DNA of 64,000 nt from the NCBI GenBank assembly GCA_017853385.1, contig JAFMJR010000002.1, forward strand, positions 120-64,119, read 5' to 3'. Shown piece by piece: positions 26,075-35,699 of this stretch (position 1 is the first letter of the stretch; the number at the start of each line of letters is the position of its first letter). The notes beneath the pieces were generated by a model, which saw only the letters and a list, made by a program, of their open reading frames with translations, was not told the DNA's origin and did not search any database. The position numbers were made by a program, and so were the translations under genes. The DNA is from Ilumatobacteraceae bacterium (GTDB taxonomy: Bacteria; Actinomycetota; Acidimicrobiia; Acidimicrobiales; Ilumatobacteraceae).

Positions 26075-27562
26075 ATGAACCTCGCTGAAATCATTGAGCG
26101 ACATCCCGCAGATGACACGGCTCTGATTAGTCGAGGTCGACCAACTTCATATGGAGAGTTGCGCCGTCAAGTTGCCAGCCTGCGTGGAGTGCTTGCTGAA
26201 AACCACGTTGAACGTGGTGACCGTGTTGCAATTTTGTGTGGAAACAGCCGCTATTTCGTGCTCGCGTATCTCGCAACACTTGGCGTTGGTGGTGTTGCCG
26301 TTCCGCTAAACATCATCAGCCCAGCATCAGAAATTCAACGAGAACTAGATGAAGTACAACCAAGGGTTGTCTTCGTAGAGCCTGCAGCAATGACTGCATG
26401 GAACAGCATTGACAAAACTTCACTAACAGAACTGCGCGCAGTTATTGCAACTGAAGGCCACGACATTGCTGGCGCGCTAACGCTTTCAGAATCACTGATG
26501 CATGCGCCAGTACCAATTACAAACATGTCGGCAAACGAAAGCGCAGCATTTATTTTTACAAGCGGAACGGCTGGGTCGCCTAAAGCAGCAATGCTTTCGC
26601 ATCAAAATTTGCTATCAAATCTTGAGCAATTGGCACATGAAAACGTGCTCCGCAATTCAGATGTGGTGTTTGGCGTATTACCGCTGTTTCATATTTTTGG
26701 CCTAAACGTTGTTCTTGGCTACACGTTGTTTGCAGGAGCAAGTGTGGTGTTGGTCCAACGCTTTGATCCAACAACTGCACTTGAAACGTTTAAAGAACGT
26801 GGAGTAACCGTCGTTCCAGGTGCTCCTCAAATTTGGTCGGCGTTGGCACAAATGCCAGATGAAGAGGCTTCGGTTCTTGGATCCTTGCGATTGGCGCTGA
26901 CTGGTGCTGCAAAGATGCCAGAACTTGTAACTCATCAATTGCGTGATCGTTTCGGGTTGGTGGTGCATGAAGGATATGGACTCACTGAATCTTCGCCTGT
27001 AGTGACCACGTCGGTAAATGGACAACACAAAATTGGGTCAATTGGAAAACCATTGCATGGGGTTTCGCTTCGCCTGGTTGACGAACACGGAGATGATTCT
27101 GAGCAAGGTGACGCAGGCGAAATCTGGGTGAAGGGAAGCAATGTTTTTGTTGGCTATTACAACGACAATGAGGCAACTGATCGGGTTCTAACTGCTGATG
27201 GCTGGTTGCGTACTGGTGACTTAGCGGTCATGGATGATGAAGGAGACTTGTTCCTTGTTGATCGACTGAAGGATCTCATCATCGTCAGTGGCTTCAATGT
27301 GTATCCGGCAGAAGTAGAACAAGTACTACTTACCCATCCAGCAATTGAACAGGCGGCCGTAGTTGGCGTTTCGCACCCGCACTCAGGCGAAGCTGTTCGT
27401 GCCTATGTGGTGTTGCGTAAAGGTGTTCACCTAGACGAAGAAGCAATTATTGAGCACTGTCAAAAACAATTAGCTCGGTATAAGTGCCCATCAAAGGTGC
27501 TGATCGTGCAGTCGCTACCAACTGGAAGCACTGGCAAGGTATTGCGACGCGCGCTGCGTTGA
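26075..27562 (+). CDS. fadD: AMP-dependent acyl-CoA synthetase (long-chain fatty-acid--CoA ligase-like)
   Basis: 495 aa with the AMP-binding motif FTSGTAGSPKAAMLSH, GYGLTE, and GWLRTGDLAVMDDEGDLFLVDRLKD. Confidence 0.85.
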   Translation: MNLAEIIERHPADDTALISRGRPTSYGELRRQVASLRGVLAENHVERGDRVAILCGNSRYFVLAYLATLGVGGVAVPLNIISPASEIQRELDEVQPRVVFVEPAAMTAWNSIDKTSLTELRAVIATEGHDIAGALTLSESLMHAPVPITNMSANESAAFIFTSGTAGSPKAAMLSHQNLLSNLEQLAHENVLRNSDVVFGVLPLFHIFGLNVVLGYTLFAGASVVLVQRFDPTTALETFKERGVTVVPGAPQIWSALAQMPDEEASVLGSLRLALTGAAKMPELVTHQLRDRFGLVVHEGYGLTESSPVVTTSVNGQHKIGSIGKPLHGVSLRLVDEHGDDSEQGDAGEIWVKGSNVFVGYYNDNEATDRVLTADGWLRTGDLAVMDDEGDLFLVDRLKDLIIVSGFNVYPAEVEQVLLTHPAIEQAAVVGVSHPHSGEAVRAYVVLRKGVHLDEEAIIEHCQKQLARYKCPSKVLIVQSLPTGSTGKVLRRALR

Positions 27563-28306
27563 TTTTGCGCGAGTTGAATTACTTGCCACAAGAAATCCGA
27601 AAAACAGAATCAGCACTCCGGCAAGAAGTGTGATCGCAAATGCGCGATCTTCACCTAGCCGCCCGGCAAGCGTGCCACTTGCTGAAAGCACCAAAGTCCC
27701 TACTGCAATCAAAACGTTTCCACCAGCGAGTCGACCTGCTGAAACGACGGAACGTTTTGCACCAATGGAGAGAGCTGGATTTTTTTTGCGTGATACACGC
27801 CATGCAGACCACAAAGCACCGACGATGATGATCAGTGCAGGTACGCCTGAGCCAACAGCGGCAAAAATGCGAGGCGCAACTCCGAATACTTCCTTGCCTG
27901 TAGGAAATTCTGTTGCGACCACTTCGCTTTTTGTTGGCGCAACAAGAACTACACCTGTTGCAAGACCAGAAGCCCAAACAAGAAACTGACGGACGCGATT
28001 TCCCAGTTTTTGTCCACCAAGTAAATACAGCGTGCCGAGAGATAACCATGAAACATTCAGCACGGCGCCCGTGAGAAAGAACAATCGAAATACCAAAATG
28101 TTCCAGCCGGTGCTCTCCGCCCACCACAGGCATGCTGATCCGCAGGCAAACAAAAACATGGCAATAGTCCATGCAAGCTCGTGCGGTTGTCGACGTTTAA
28201 ACCAACGATCGGCGGTGCTCAATGTGAAAGCGGTCGCAACGAGCGTCGCCATTCCCGCAAGGGCGCTATTCAGCCCTCCGAGGGCAATTAGTGGTGACGG
28301 GCTCAC
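27515..28306 (-). CDS. integral membrane protein of unknown function
   Basis: 263 aa with about eight hydrophobic helices. Its 3' end overlaps the convergent fadD 3' end by 48 nt. Confidence 0.55.
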   Translation of the reverse strand: MSPSPLIALGGLNSALAGMATLVATAFTLSTADRWFKRRQPHELAWTIAMFLFACGSACLWWAESTGWNILVFRLFFLTGAVLNVSWLSLGTLYLLGGQKLGNRVRQFLVWASGLATGVVLVAPTKSEVVATEFPTGKEVFGVAPRIFAAVGSGVPALIIIVGALWSAWRVSRKKNPALSIGAKRSVVSAGRLAGGNVLIAVGTLVLSASGTLAGRLGEDRAFAITLLAGVLILFFGFLVASNSTRAKSTQRASQYLASASSW

Positions 28307-28325
28307 AAACGCAGGTTAGTTGGAC

Positions 28326-28345
28326 TTCGTGAATTCATGCACGAA
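28326..28345. promoter_or_regulatory. candidate Rex operator upstream of rex
   Basis: TTCGTGAATTCATGCACGAA is self-complementary at 16 of 20 positions. Its core, CGTGAA-TTCA-TGCACG, resembles the Streptomyces ROP TGTGAA-CGCG-TTCACA. It ends 17 nt before the rex GTG. Confidence 0.45.
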
Positions 28346-28361
28346 CGCCTACATTTGAGGC

Positions 28362-29069
28362 GTGGCCGACCTTGCCCAAACCTCTTCTCCAGCTCGGCGC
28401 AGGATTCCCGATGCAGCCGTCGCCCGGTTGCCGGTCTACCTGCAGATTCTGAACACGTTGATTGTGAATGGAACAGAGCAGCTCTCCAGTGATCAACTCG
28501 CGGCACTTGCTGGCGTAAATGCAGCAAAGGTGCGCAAAGATTTGTCCTATCTCGGAAGCTACGGAACTCGAGGCGTGGGTTATGACGTTGCGTATCTCGT
28601 CTATCAAATAAAGCGCGAACTTGGTCAACATCACGAATGGAAAGTGGTGGTGGTTGGTGCGGGCAACCTTGGAAACGCGTTGGCAAATTACAACGGTTTT
28701 TCCACACGTGGATTTCCAGTAGCTGGAGTCGTAGACATTGATGCGTCAAAGGTTGGCAAGAAAGTTGCGGGCGTAGTTGTGCGACACGTCGACGACTTGC
28801 CAGAAATTGTGATTCAAGAGTCAGTCAGCATTGGCGTGATTTCAACTCCACCCGCATCGGCTCAACAGGCAGCCGATCTTCTGGTTAATGCTGGCATTCG
28901 CTCAATTTTGAATTTTGCCTCTGTTGTTTTGAACGTTCCTGAAAATATCTCTGTACGTAGTGTTGATTTAGGTGTTGAGCTTCAAATACTTGGCTACTAC
29001 GAGCAATTGAGCAGAGAAGATAAACCAGCTGCGAAAACCAAGCGAGAGGCAGCTGCTGTATGTCGATAG
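28362..29069 (+). CDS. rex: redox-sensing transcriptional repressor Rex
   Basis: 235 aa with the winged helix RIPDAAVARLPVYLQIL and the Rossmann motif VVVVGAGNLGNALANY. It overlaps hemA by 10 nt. Confidence 0.9.
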   Translation: MADLAQTSSPARRRIPDAAVARLPVYLQILNTLIVNGTEQLSSDQLAALAGVNAAKVRKDLSYLGSYGTRGVGYDVAYLVYQIKRELGQHHEWKVVVVGAGNLGNALANYNGFSTRGFPVAGVVDIDASKVGKKVAGVVVRHVDDLPEIVIQESVSIGVISTPPASAQQAADLLVNAGIRSILNFASVVLNVPENISVRSVDLGVELQILGYYEQLSREDKPAAKTKREAAAVCR

Positions 29070-30322
29070 TTGTTCTTGGTGTCAATCACAAGTCGGCTCC
29101 ACTCGATGTGATTGAGCGCGTCACCATTTCCGATGAGTCATTGCCAAAATCACTTCACGGACTTGTATCGCGCGATCATGTTCGTGAAACAGTTGTGCTG
29201 TCCACGTGTAATCGCACAGAAGTGTATGTAGTTGCAGAAAAGTTTCATGGCGCATTTGCGGACGTGAGCGATTTCTTTTGTGAAATCTCTGGACTTACCG
29301 TTGAAGAGTTGCAGCCACATTTTTACAGCCAACATGATGATGCGGCTGTCAGCCACTTGTTTGAAGTTGCTTCTGGTCTCGACTCTGCAGTGTTGGGTGA
29401 GACAGAAATTTTGGGTCAAGTGCGCGACGCATGGGAAAAGGCACGTTCGGAGTCAACATCGCGAACTTCACTCAATTTGCTGTTTCGCCATGCACTTGAA
29501 GTAGGTAAGCGTGCGCGTACCGAAACGTCGATCAGCAAGTCGACAGCTTCGGTCTCGCATGCCGCTGTAGAAATGGCAACCGATATTTTGGGAACAATCT
29601 CAGGTCGAAAAGTTCTAGTAATTGGTGCCGGCGATATGGGTGCTGGAATCGCACGTGCGTTAGCAAATGCAGGTTCGCAAAGCGTCACAGTTATGAATCG
29701 CAGTCGTGAACGCGCGGAGCAACTCGCCCAGTCGGTTGGCGCGGTGGTGAGCCACATTGATGACCTACAAAATGCAATTCGTGAAGCAGACGTGGTGCTC
29801 ACTTGTACTGGCGCGGGAGACGCAATCATTTCGGTGGAAGACGTGCGGCGCGCACGAGGAGAAAACCATAACTCTCCACTGCTTATTGTTGACATTGCAG
29901 TTCCACGAGATGTTGAACATGAAGTTGGTGAGCTACCTGGTGTAACACTTCGCGACTTGCATGACCTTCGCGATTGGGCGCAAGCAGGAATTGAAGCTCG
30001 ACAACAGGAAGCCGAAGAAGTTCGGCGAATTGTGGGAGAAGAAGTGGAAAGATTTGGGCAGGAAGTAAAAGCGCGACAAGCAGCACCTTTGGTTGCCGAA
30101 TTGCATGAACGTGCAGAGACAATTAGGCGCTCGGAAATTGAACGGTATGCATCACGGCTTTCAGGTCTTACTCCCGAACAACGTGAAGCCGTTGAGGCAC
30201 TGAGCAAAGCAGTTGTTGCGAAGCTGTTGCACAGCCCGTCAATGCAGCTGAAGCACAGTGCCGGAACTCCTCAGGGCGAGAGAATTGCAGCAGCGCTTCG
30301 CGATTTATTTGACATCGAATGA
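29060..30322 (+). CDS. hemA: glutamyl-tRNA reductase
   Basis: 420 aa with VVLSTCNRTEVY (catalytic Cys), VLGETEILGQV and VIGAGDMG. Confidence 0.9.
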   Translation: MSIVVLGVNHKSAPLDVIERVTISDESLPKSLHGLVSRDHVRETVVLSTCNRTEVYVVAEKFHGAFADVSDFFCEISGLTVEELQPHFYSQHDDAAVSHLFEVASGLDSAVLGETEILGQVRDAWEKARSESTSRTSLNLLFRHALEVGKRARTETSISKSTASVSHAAVEMATDILGTISGRKVLVIGAGDMGAGIARALANAGSQSVTVMNRSRERAEQLAQSVGAVVSHIDDLQNAIREADVVLTCTGAGDAIISVEDVRRARGENHNSPLLIVDIAVPRDVEHEVGELPGVTLRDLHDLRDWAQAGIEARQQEAEEVRRIVGEEVERFGQEVKARQAAPLVAELHERAETIRRSEIERYASRLSGLTPEQREAVEALSKAVVAKLLHSPSMQLKHSAGTPQGERIAAALRDLFDIE

Positions 30323-31185
30323 TTCGTCTCGCCACGCGTTCGAGCGCGCAGGCGCGAACTCAATCTGAAGTAGTAGCGCAAGCAATCACACGTTCAACAG
30401 GGCAACCAGTTGAGTTGGTTTTTGTAGAAACACTTGGCGATCAAAACAAAGATCAGCCACTTCACCAAATTGGTGGACAAGGAATATTTGTTAAGGAAGT
30501 TCAACAGGCTGTACTTCGTGGCAATGCTGACATTGCGGTTCATTCAGCAAAAGATCTTCCATCCATTCACGCTGACGGACTGGTGATTGGCGCATGGTGC
30601 AAGCGTCGAGACGCCCGCGATGCCTTAGTAGGTAAAGCACTGAACGAACTTGAGGCTGGTGCAACCATTGCAACGGGTTCAGTTCGTAGACGAGCCCAAC
30701 TACTCACAGTGCGGCCTGATCTGAAATTCGTTGAGCTACGAGGAAACATTCACACTCGCCTAGAAAAAATTCCTGCAGGTGGCTCAATTGTGATGGCAGT
30801 TGCAGCAATGGAGGTGCTGGGGCTAACAGATCAAATTGCAGAAACTCTTTCACCAGAAATGTTCATTCCAATGGTCGGTCAAGGATGTGTTGCGGTTGAA
30901 TGCAGAGAAGGCGATGACGCAATTCTTTCTTTACTTCGCGCCATTGATCATGAACAGACTCGTTTTGCAGTAGAGGTTGAGCGTTCTTTTCTTTCGGAGT
31001 TAGGCGCAGGCTGCTCAATGCCAGTTGGCGCACATGTAAATAGCAACAAGCGTTTGTCAACGTTTATGGCTACGGGTGCAACGGCTTCAGATAGACACGT
31101 GCAGTTTTCTGAAATGTTGCCACCTACGGGAGCCAAAGAATTCGCGCGTGAGTTGGCTCGCAAATCACAATCTGCGTTGGCATGA
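30319..31185 (+). CDS. hemC: hydroxymethylbilane synthase (porphobilinogen deaminase)
   Basis: 288 aa with LATRSSAQARTQSE, GQGIFVKEVQ, VHSAKDLP and GAGCSMPVGA (cofactor Cys). ATGA overlap with hemA. Confidence 0.9.
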   Translation: MIRLATRSSAQARTQSEVVAQAITRSTGQPVELVFVETLGDQNKDQPLHQIGGQGIFVKEVQQAVLRGNADIAVHSAKDLPSIHADGLVIGAWCKRRDARDALVGKALNELEAGATIATGSVRRRAQLLTVRPDLKFVELRGNIHTRLEKIPAGGSIVMAVAAMEVLGLTDQIAETLSPEMFIPMVGQGCVAVECREGDDAILSLLRAIDHEQTRFAVEVERSFLSELGAGCSMPVGAHVNSNKRLSTFMATGATASDRHVQFSEMLPPTGAKEFARELARKSQSALA

Positions 31186-31901
31186 GCACCGTTGCGTTAG
31201 TGGGAAAACGGGTGGCGATCACTCGTCCAATCGCGCAATCTCAAAAATGGGTAACAGCTCTGCATAAGGTCGGAGCAGTTTGTGAAACCATCCCATTAAT
31301 TCAGATAGATCAACCAGATGACGAAGGCTTCGCTTTTGAACAGGCGATGCGAAAGATTGACGAGTACGCCTGGATCATCTGCACGTCATCGAATGGTGCG
31401 TCTCGTGTCGCTCCCTATTTGCCAAAACATTCTTCTCACGTTCAACTCGCCGCAGTGGGTGAATCAACTGCACAAGCATTTGGGCAAGAGGTTTCTTTTA
31501 TTCCACAATCTGCAACTGGTCATGCGCTGGCTCTTGAGTTTCCTCGTACTGATGGCAAAGTTTTACTCGTTACAGCACAAGAAACGAACGGGGAAGTCGA
31601 GCGTATTCTTCGAGATCGCGGAATAGAAGTAGAAGGAGTTGCTGCATACCAAACCAAGCAACGAAATATTTCTTCCGAAGAAATCAATCGCATTCAACAG
31701 TGCGATGCGGTGCTATTTGCATCTGGTTCTGCCGTGCGTTCATGGGTTGCACAATCAGAAGCAAAGACCTCTGGCGCAGTTGTAGTAATTGGTGATGCAA
31801 CGTTGCAGGTTGCAAAGGGTTGCGGGTTGACGGTTCAAGCAGTTGCGACAAGTGCCAGTGCAGACGGAATCGTTACAGCGCTTGCTGGCGTATTCGCCTA
31901 A
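31182..31901 (+). CDS. hemD: uroporphyrinogen-III synthase
   Basis: 239 aa. The family is weakly conserved (WIICTSSNGA, AVLFASGSAV). The call is supported by its position between hemC and hemB and by the ATGA overlap with hemC. Confidence 0.75.
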   Translation: MSTVALVGKRVAITRPIAQSQKWVTALHKVGAVCETIPLIQIDQPDDEGFAFEQAMRKIDEYAWIICTSSNGASRVAPYLPKHSSHVQLAAVGESTAQAFGQEVSFIPQSATGHALALEFPRTDGKVLLVTAQETNGEVERILRDRGIEVEGVAAYQTKQRNISSEEINRIQQCDAVLFASGSAVRSWVAQSEAKTSGAVVVIGDATLQVAKGCGLTVQAVATSASADGIVTALAGVFA

Positions 31902-31923
31902 ACGACCCTCTAGCCTTACAGAC

Positions 31924-32904
31924 ATGGCGTTTCCGCAATCTCGACCTCGTCGTCTTCGTCAAAACCCAGCGCTCCGAGAGCTTGTCGCTGAAGTGCGATT
32001 GGGAGTCTCCGATCTGGTCGCCCCGCTGTTTGTGCGAGAAGGAATTACAAGTCCACAACCAATTTCTTCGCTATCTGGAGTAATGCAACACACGCGAGAA
32101 TCATTAAAAGAAGAAGTGCGTGCTTTGGCAGATCTTGGCGTGCCAGCAGTTATTTTGTTTGGAGTTCCAGCGGTAAAAGATGCAGTTGGCTCGGGGGCTT
32201 TTGACCCAAATGGAATTGTTCAAGTGGCGCTTCGCGAATTGCGTGAAGAACTTGGAGATCGAATTGTTTTAATGGCCGACTTGTGTGTTGATGAATACAC
32301 ATCACATGGTCACTGCGGAGTGCTGAATGATGCTGGCGATGTAGACAATGATGCAACGCTAGAAATTTATTGCAAGGCTGCCGTAGCCCAAGCTGAAGCC
32401 GGTGCACATATTGTTGCGCCAAGCGGAATGATGGATGGGCAAGTTGGCGCAATTCGTGCAGCACTCGATGGCACGGGACATTCAGAGATTTCGATACTCG
32501 CTTACTCTGCGAAATACGCATCGGGTCTGTATGGACCTTTTCGCGATGCGGTTGACGTGCAAATTGCAGGAGGCGGTAACCGCAAGGGCTATCAGCAGGA
32601 CTGGCGCAATGCGCGAGAAGCGTTGCGTGAAGTTGCTGCAGACATTGAACAAGGCGCAGACATGGTCATGGTTAAGCCAGCAATGAGCTATCTCGATGTG
32701 ATTGCATCAGTTAAGCAACGAGTAGATGTTCCAGTTGCTGCGTACCACGTAAGTGGTGAGTACGCGATGATCAAAGCCGCTGCAGCAAACGGTTGGATTG
32801 ATCACGACACTGTTGCTGTTGAGCAACTTACGGCGGTTAAACGAGCTGGGGCTGACATTATTTTGACTTATTTTGCGCGCTGGTTTGCAGAAACTCATCA
32901 ATAG
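31924..32904 (+). CDS. hemB: porphobilinogen synthase (ALA dehydratase)
   Basis: RPRRLRQNPALRELV, DLCVDEYTSHGHCG, VMVKPAMSYLD (Schiff-base Lys) and AYHVSGEYAM. ATG 31924 is used; the track start at 31843 lies inside hemD. Confidence 0.9.
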   Translation: MAFPQSRPRRLRQNPALRELVAEVRLGVSDLVAPLFVREGITSPQPISSLSGVMQHTRESLKEEVRALADLGVPAVILFGVPAVKDAVGSGAFDPNGIVQVALRELREELGDRIVLMADLCVDEYTSHGHCGVLNDAGDVDNDATLEIYCKAAVAQAEAGAHIVAPSGMMDGQVGAIRAALDGTGHSEISILAYSAKYASGLYGPFRDAVDVQIAGGGNRKGYQQDWRNAREALREVAADIEQGADMVMVKPAMSYLDVIASVKQRVDVPVAAYHVSGEYAMIKAAAANGWIDHDTVAVEQLTAVKRAGADIILTYFARWFAETHQ

Positions 32905-32919
32905 GAAATAGGAGTCATC

Positions 32920-34260
32920 ATGACCATTCCATTTTGCGACCCAACTGCGTGTGTTGCAGCAGGTTGTTCTGCAACGGTTTGCACAGGAAAAGCAATTCCG
33001 TCAAATCATGCCTTCTACGAGCGTTCGACGAAGGTGATTCCTGGTGGCGTGAATTCATCAATTCGGGCATTTAAGTCAGTTGGTGGAGAGCCATACATCG
33101 TCGCGCGTGGTGAAGGTGCGCACATTATTGATGTTGAGGGAAATCGATATATCGATTTAGTGCAAAGTTACGGCGCAGTAATTTTGGGTCATGCGCATCC
33201 GGCTATAACTGCAGCGTTGCGCGATGCAGCAGGTGATGGAACTTCGTTTGGAGCACCAACGCCGCGTGAAATGAAGCTTGCAGAAGCAATTCGCGAACGT
33301 GTGCCAAGTTGTGAACGTGTTCGTCTGATGAACAGCGGTACTGAAGCGACAAGTACGGCGGTACGGCTTGCTCGTGGTGCAACAGGAAGAAAAAGAATTA
33401 TTACGTTTAACGGAAATTTTCACGGTGCAACAGATGCGTTGCTTGCAGCAGGCGGAAGCGGAATTGCAACCTTGGGAATTCCCGGCACGGCTGGAGTGCC
33501 TGAAGAAGCGGTCGCAAACACCTTGGTAGTTCCTTACAACGTGGTTCCAGAAATTGATTCTGATGTAGCAGCTGTCATTGTTGAACCAGTTGCCGCCAAC
33601 ATGGGAGTGGTTGCTCCGGCTCCAGGATTTCTTGAAGGCTTACGTGCAGCGTGTGACAAAGCTGGAGCACTGTTGATTTTTGATGAAGTGATTACAGGTT
33701 TCCGAATTGGCCAAGGCGGTGCACAGGCTAAGTACGACGTAAAACCGGACATCACATGTTTCGGCAAAGTTATTGGTGGAGGATTGCCGATTGGTGCGAT
33801 TGGTGGATCGCAATCGGTGATGGAAAATCTCACACCAATCGGCAAGGTGTTTCACGCAGGCACGCTTGCAGGAAACCCTCTTGCAACTGCTGCCGGATTA
33901 GCAGCGCTGAATGAACTGACGCCAGATGTGTATATGGAACTCGGAGCACGTGCACGGTCATTGGCAACGTTGTTAAGAGACGCATGTTCCAGTGCTGGAA
34001 TTGTTGCGCAGTTTCCTGTTGTTGGAACTCTTGTTGGAGCATTCTTTGGGTCAGTGGTTCCAACGAATTTTGATGAAGCAAAGCAGACTGACGAAAAAAT
34101 GTATGCGCGCATATTCCATGCCATGTTGAAGGAAGGCGTTGCGTTGGCACCTGGCGCCTATGAGGCATTGTTTGTTGGGCTTAGTCATAATGATGCGGTG
34201 ATGAATGAGCTTGCCGATCGGGCTCATCGTGCGGCACTTGCTGCAGTTGCTGCGCAATAG
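32920..34260 (+). CDS. hemL: glutamate-1-semialdehyde 2,1-aminomutase with a Cys-rich N-terminal extension
   Basis: PGGVNSSIRAF, FDEVITGFR and GKVIGGGLP (PLP Lys region). ATG 32920 is preceded by AGGAG, and no alternative in-frame start precedes the conserved core. Confidence 0.9.
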   Translation: MTIPFCDPTACVAAGCSATVCTGKAIPSNHAFYERSTKVIPGGVNSSIRAFKSVGGEPYIVARGEGAHIIDVEGNRYIDLVQSYGAVILGHAHPAITAALRDAAGDGTSFGAPTPREMKLAEAIRERVPSCERVRLMNSGTEATSTAVRLARGATGRKRIITFNGNFHGATDALLAAGGSGIATLGIPGTAGVPEEAVANTLVVPYNVVPEIDSDVAAVIVEPVAANMGVVAPAPGFLEGLRAACDKAGALLIFDEVITGFRIGQGGAQAKYDVKPDITCFGKVIGGGLPIGAIGGSQSVMENLTPIGKVFHAGTLAGNPLATAAGLAALNELTPDVYMELGARARSLATLLRDACSSAGIVAQFPVVGTLVGAFFGSVVPTNFDEAKQTDEKMYARIFHAMLKEGVALAPGAYEALFVGLSHNDAVMNELADRAHRAALAAVAAQ

Positions 34261-34269
34261 GTTTGGTGT

Positions 34270-34872
34270 ATGCGCTATTTCTTTACGGCAAGTTTGTGGA
34301 AAGCATTGGGTGTGTTGCTTGCCGTAGCAGCGTTACTTGTTGGTGCACTGAGTCTTGTTAATCGAAGGGCACAGTCGGAATCTGCTCAAAGCCATATCGT
34401 TGATGTAGTTGCCGCAATTGCAGCCTCTGAGTTTGGAGAAGGTTGGCAGGTTGCTGATGGAAAATCCGTTGGTGATGCATCGTTGACACTTGATGATGGT
34501 CGAGTGTTGCGATTGGTAGATGGAACGCGAGGCGAGTCCACTTGCAAGGTGCCGATTTCATCGTATTCATGCGTACTTCTTGCTGACACGCTGGGCACTG
34601 GTGTGTTGTGGTTTGCACTCGTTCCTGCAGATGCAACTAACGGGAAGGAACGGCTTACGTTGCCGGCATTAGTAGATATGCAAGAAGGTGGAGACCTTGG
34701 TGTGTTGAGCAATGGATGGGTAATTCCACTTGCAACACCAACGGTTCGCAATTGCGACACCGAAACAACTTCTTTGCGCGACTTTATTAATCAGTTTCCT
34801 GAAGGTAATGCAATATCGCTTCTAGATCTGTACGCAGACACCATCAATGAAGTTGTGTGCACTGGCCCGTAG
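34270..34872 (+). CDS. membrane-anchored exported protein of unknown function
   Basis: 200 aa with an N-terminal hydrophobic anchor (ALGVLLAVAALLVGALSLV) and four Cys in the soluble part. I recognise no family. Confidence 0.45.
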   Translation: MRYFFTASLWKALGVLLAVAALLVGALSLVNRRAQSESAQSHIVDVVAAIAASEFGEGWQVADGKSVGDASLTLDDGRVLRLVDGTRGESTCKVPISSYSCVLLADTLGTGVLWFALVPADATNGKERLTLPALVDMQEGGDLGVLSNGWVIPLATPTVRNCDTETTSLRDFINQFPEGNAISLLDLYADTINEVVCTGP

Positions 34873-34880
34873 GCCCAAAT

Positions 34881-35699
34881 TTATTTCGAAGAAGCGCGTG
34901 CTTTAGTACCAACCGCTAGCGGCGGCTTGGTGAGCATTGCAAAATCTTTATCAATGGTGTCGAATGAAGTCGCACCATTTTCAAGAGCAAGGAAAATTTC
35001 TGACTCTGGTGAGCACCAAGTTTCGAATTCTTCTTTCCACTCTTCGCTAGCTGGGTCAGCTCCGCCAATGACATAGCGCTCGTGGCACACGACTCCAAGA
35101 ATTTCTGCTTCAGTCAAACCACCACCGGCTGTCTCACCTTGTTGTGGCATTGGGTTTCCGTTATACGAAAGCGGAGCATGTGCGCCACCTTCGCGATCTG
35201 GGTTTCCGTAATACGGGATCTCTGCAGCAACGAATGCTTGGCTTCCTGTGTACACGAAGTTCAGCATGTCTTCGATTTTTGGAAAAGTCTTCAACACTTC
35301 GCCGCCAGCGAATACGCGTCCTGCTCCACCTTGACCGGCGGCACCGTGACAGCCCGCACATGATCCATACACCTCTTCACCGATGGCAAGCGGACCCTCA
35401 ACAGTTTTCTCTTGCGGCTTCAGCGCGATCATGTACATAAATGCCCACAGCGGGAGCAGGCTCAAAGTTGCCATTGCCCAGAACGGAATTTTTTTACGTG
35501 ACTTCGCTGCAACGACATAGCTTGGGTCTGGTTTTGGTGCTGGTGCCGATGCGGCAACAGGTGCTGCTGGCTTTGCAACTGCAGGAGCCGACGAAGTAGT
35601 AGCCGGAGCGGAATCATTAGACGATGAACTTGCACCACCAGAAGCAGCTTCCCGTCGTTCCTTGGAACGCTTGAGTAGGTGTTCGGGTATTTCAGTCAC
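34881..35699 (-). CDS. membrane-anchored monoheme c-type cytochrome
   Basis: 272 aa. The GTG start is preceded by GAGGA. The layout is the cytoplasmic MTEIPEHLLKRSKERR tag, an Ala/Pro/Ser linker, one TM helix, and then a single CAGCH heme motif. Confidence 0.75.
   Translation of the reverse strand: MTEIPEHLLKRSKERREAASGGASSSSNDSAPATTSSAPAVAKPAAPVAASAPAPKPDPSYVVAAKSRKKIPFWAMATLSLLPLWAFMYMIALKPQEKTVEGPLAIGEEVYGSCAGCHGAAGQGGAGRVFAGGEVLKTFPKIEDMLNFVYTGSQAFVAAEIPYYGNPDREGGAHAPLSYNGNPMPQQGETAGGGLTEAEILGVVCHERYVIGGADPASEEWKEEFETWCSPESEIFLALENGATSFDTIDKDFAMLTKPPLAVGTKARASSK

Noticed and set aside
27630-28172. Alternative ORFs (plus 27630-27989, minus 27651-28172) overlapping the membrane-protein gene
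   Set aside because: The minus-frame 27515-28306 ORF gives a coherent multi-helix membrane protein. The alternatives give Pro/Arg/Cys-rich products that look like nonsense.
29416-30207. 263-aa ORF on the minus strand inside hemA
   Set aside because: It is entirely antisense to a hemA gene with clear catalytic motifs. Its product is Arg/Ser/Ala/Cys/Thr-rich, low in complexity and without motifs, which is typical of a shadow ORF.
32935-32970. HemL N-terminus VAAGC as a lipoprotein lipobox
   Set aside because: There is no positively charged n-region or hydrophobic h-region before it, and HemL is a cytoplasmic PLP enzyme.
35667-35699. MTEIPEHLLKRSKERR as a Tat or Sec signal peptide
   Set aside because: The RR is not in an S/T-RRxFLK context, it is followed by a roughly 60-residue Ala/Pro/Ser linker rather than an h-region, and the same tag precedes a polytopic subunit-IV protein.
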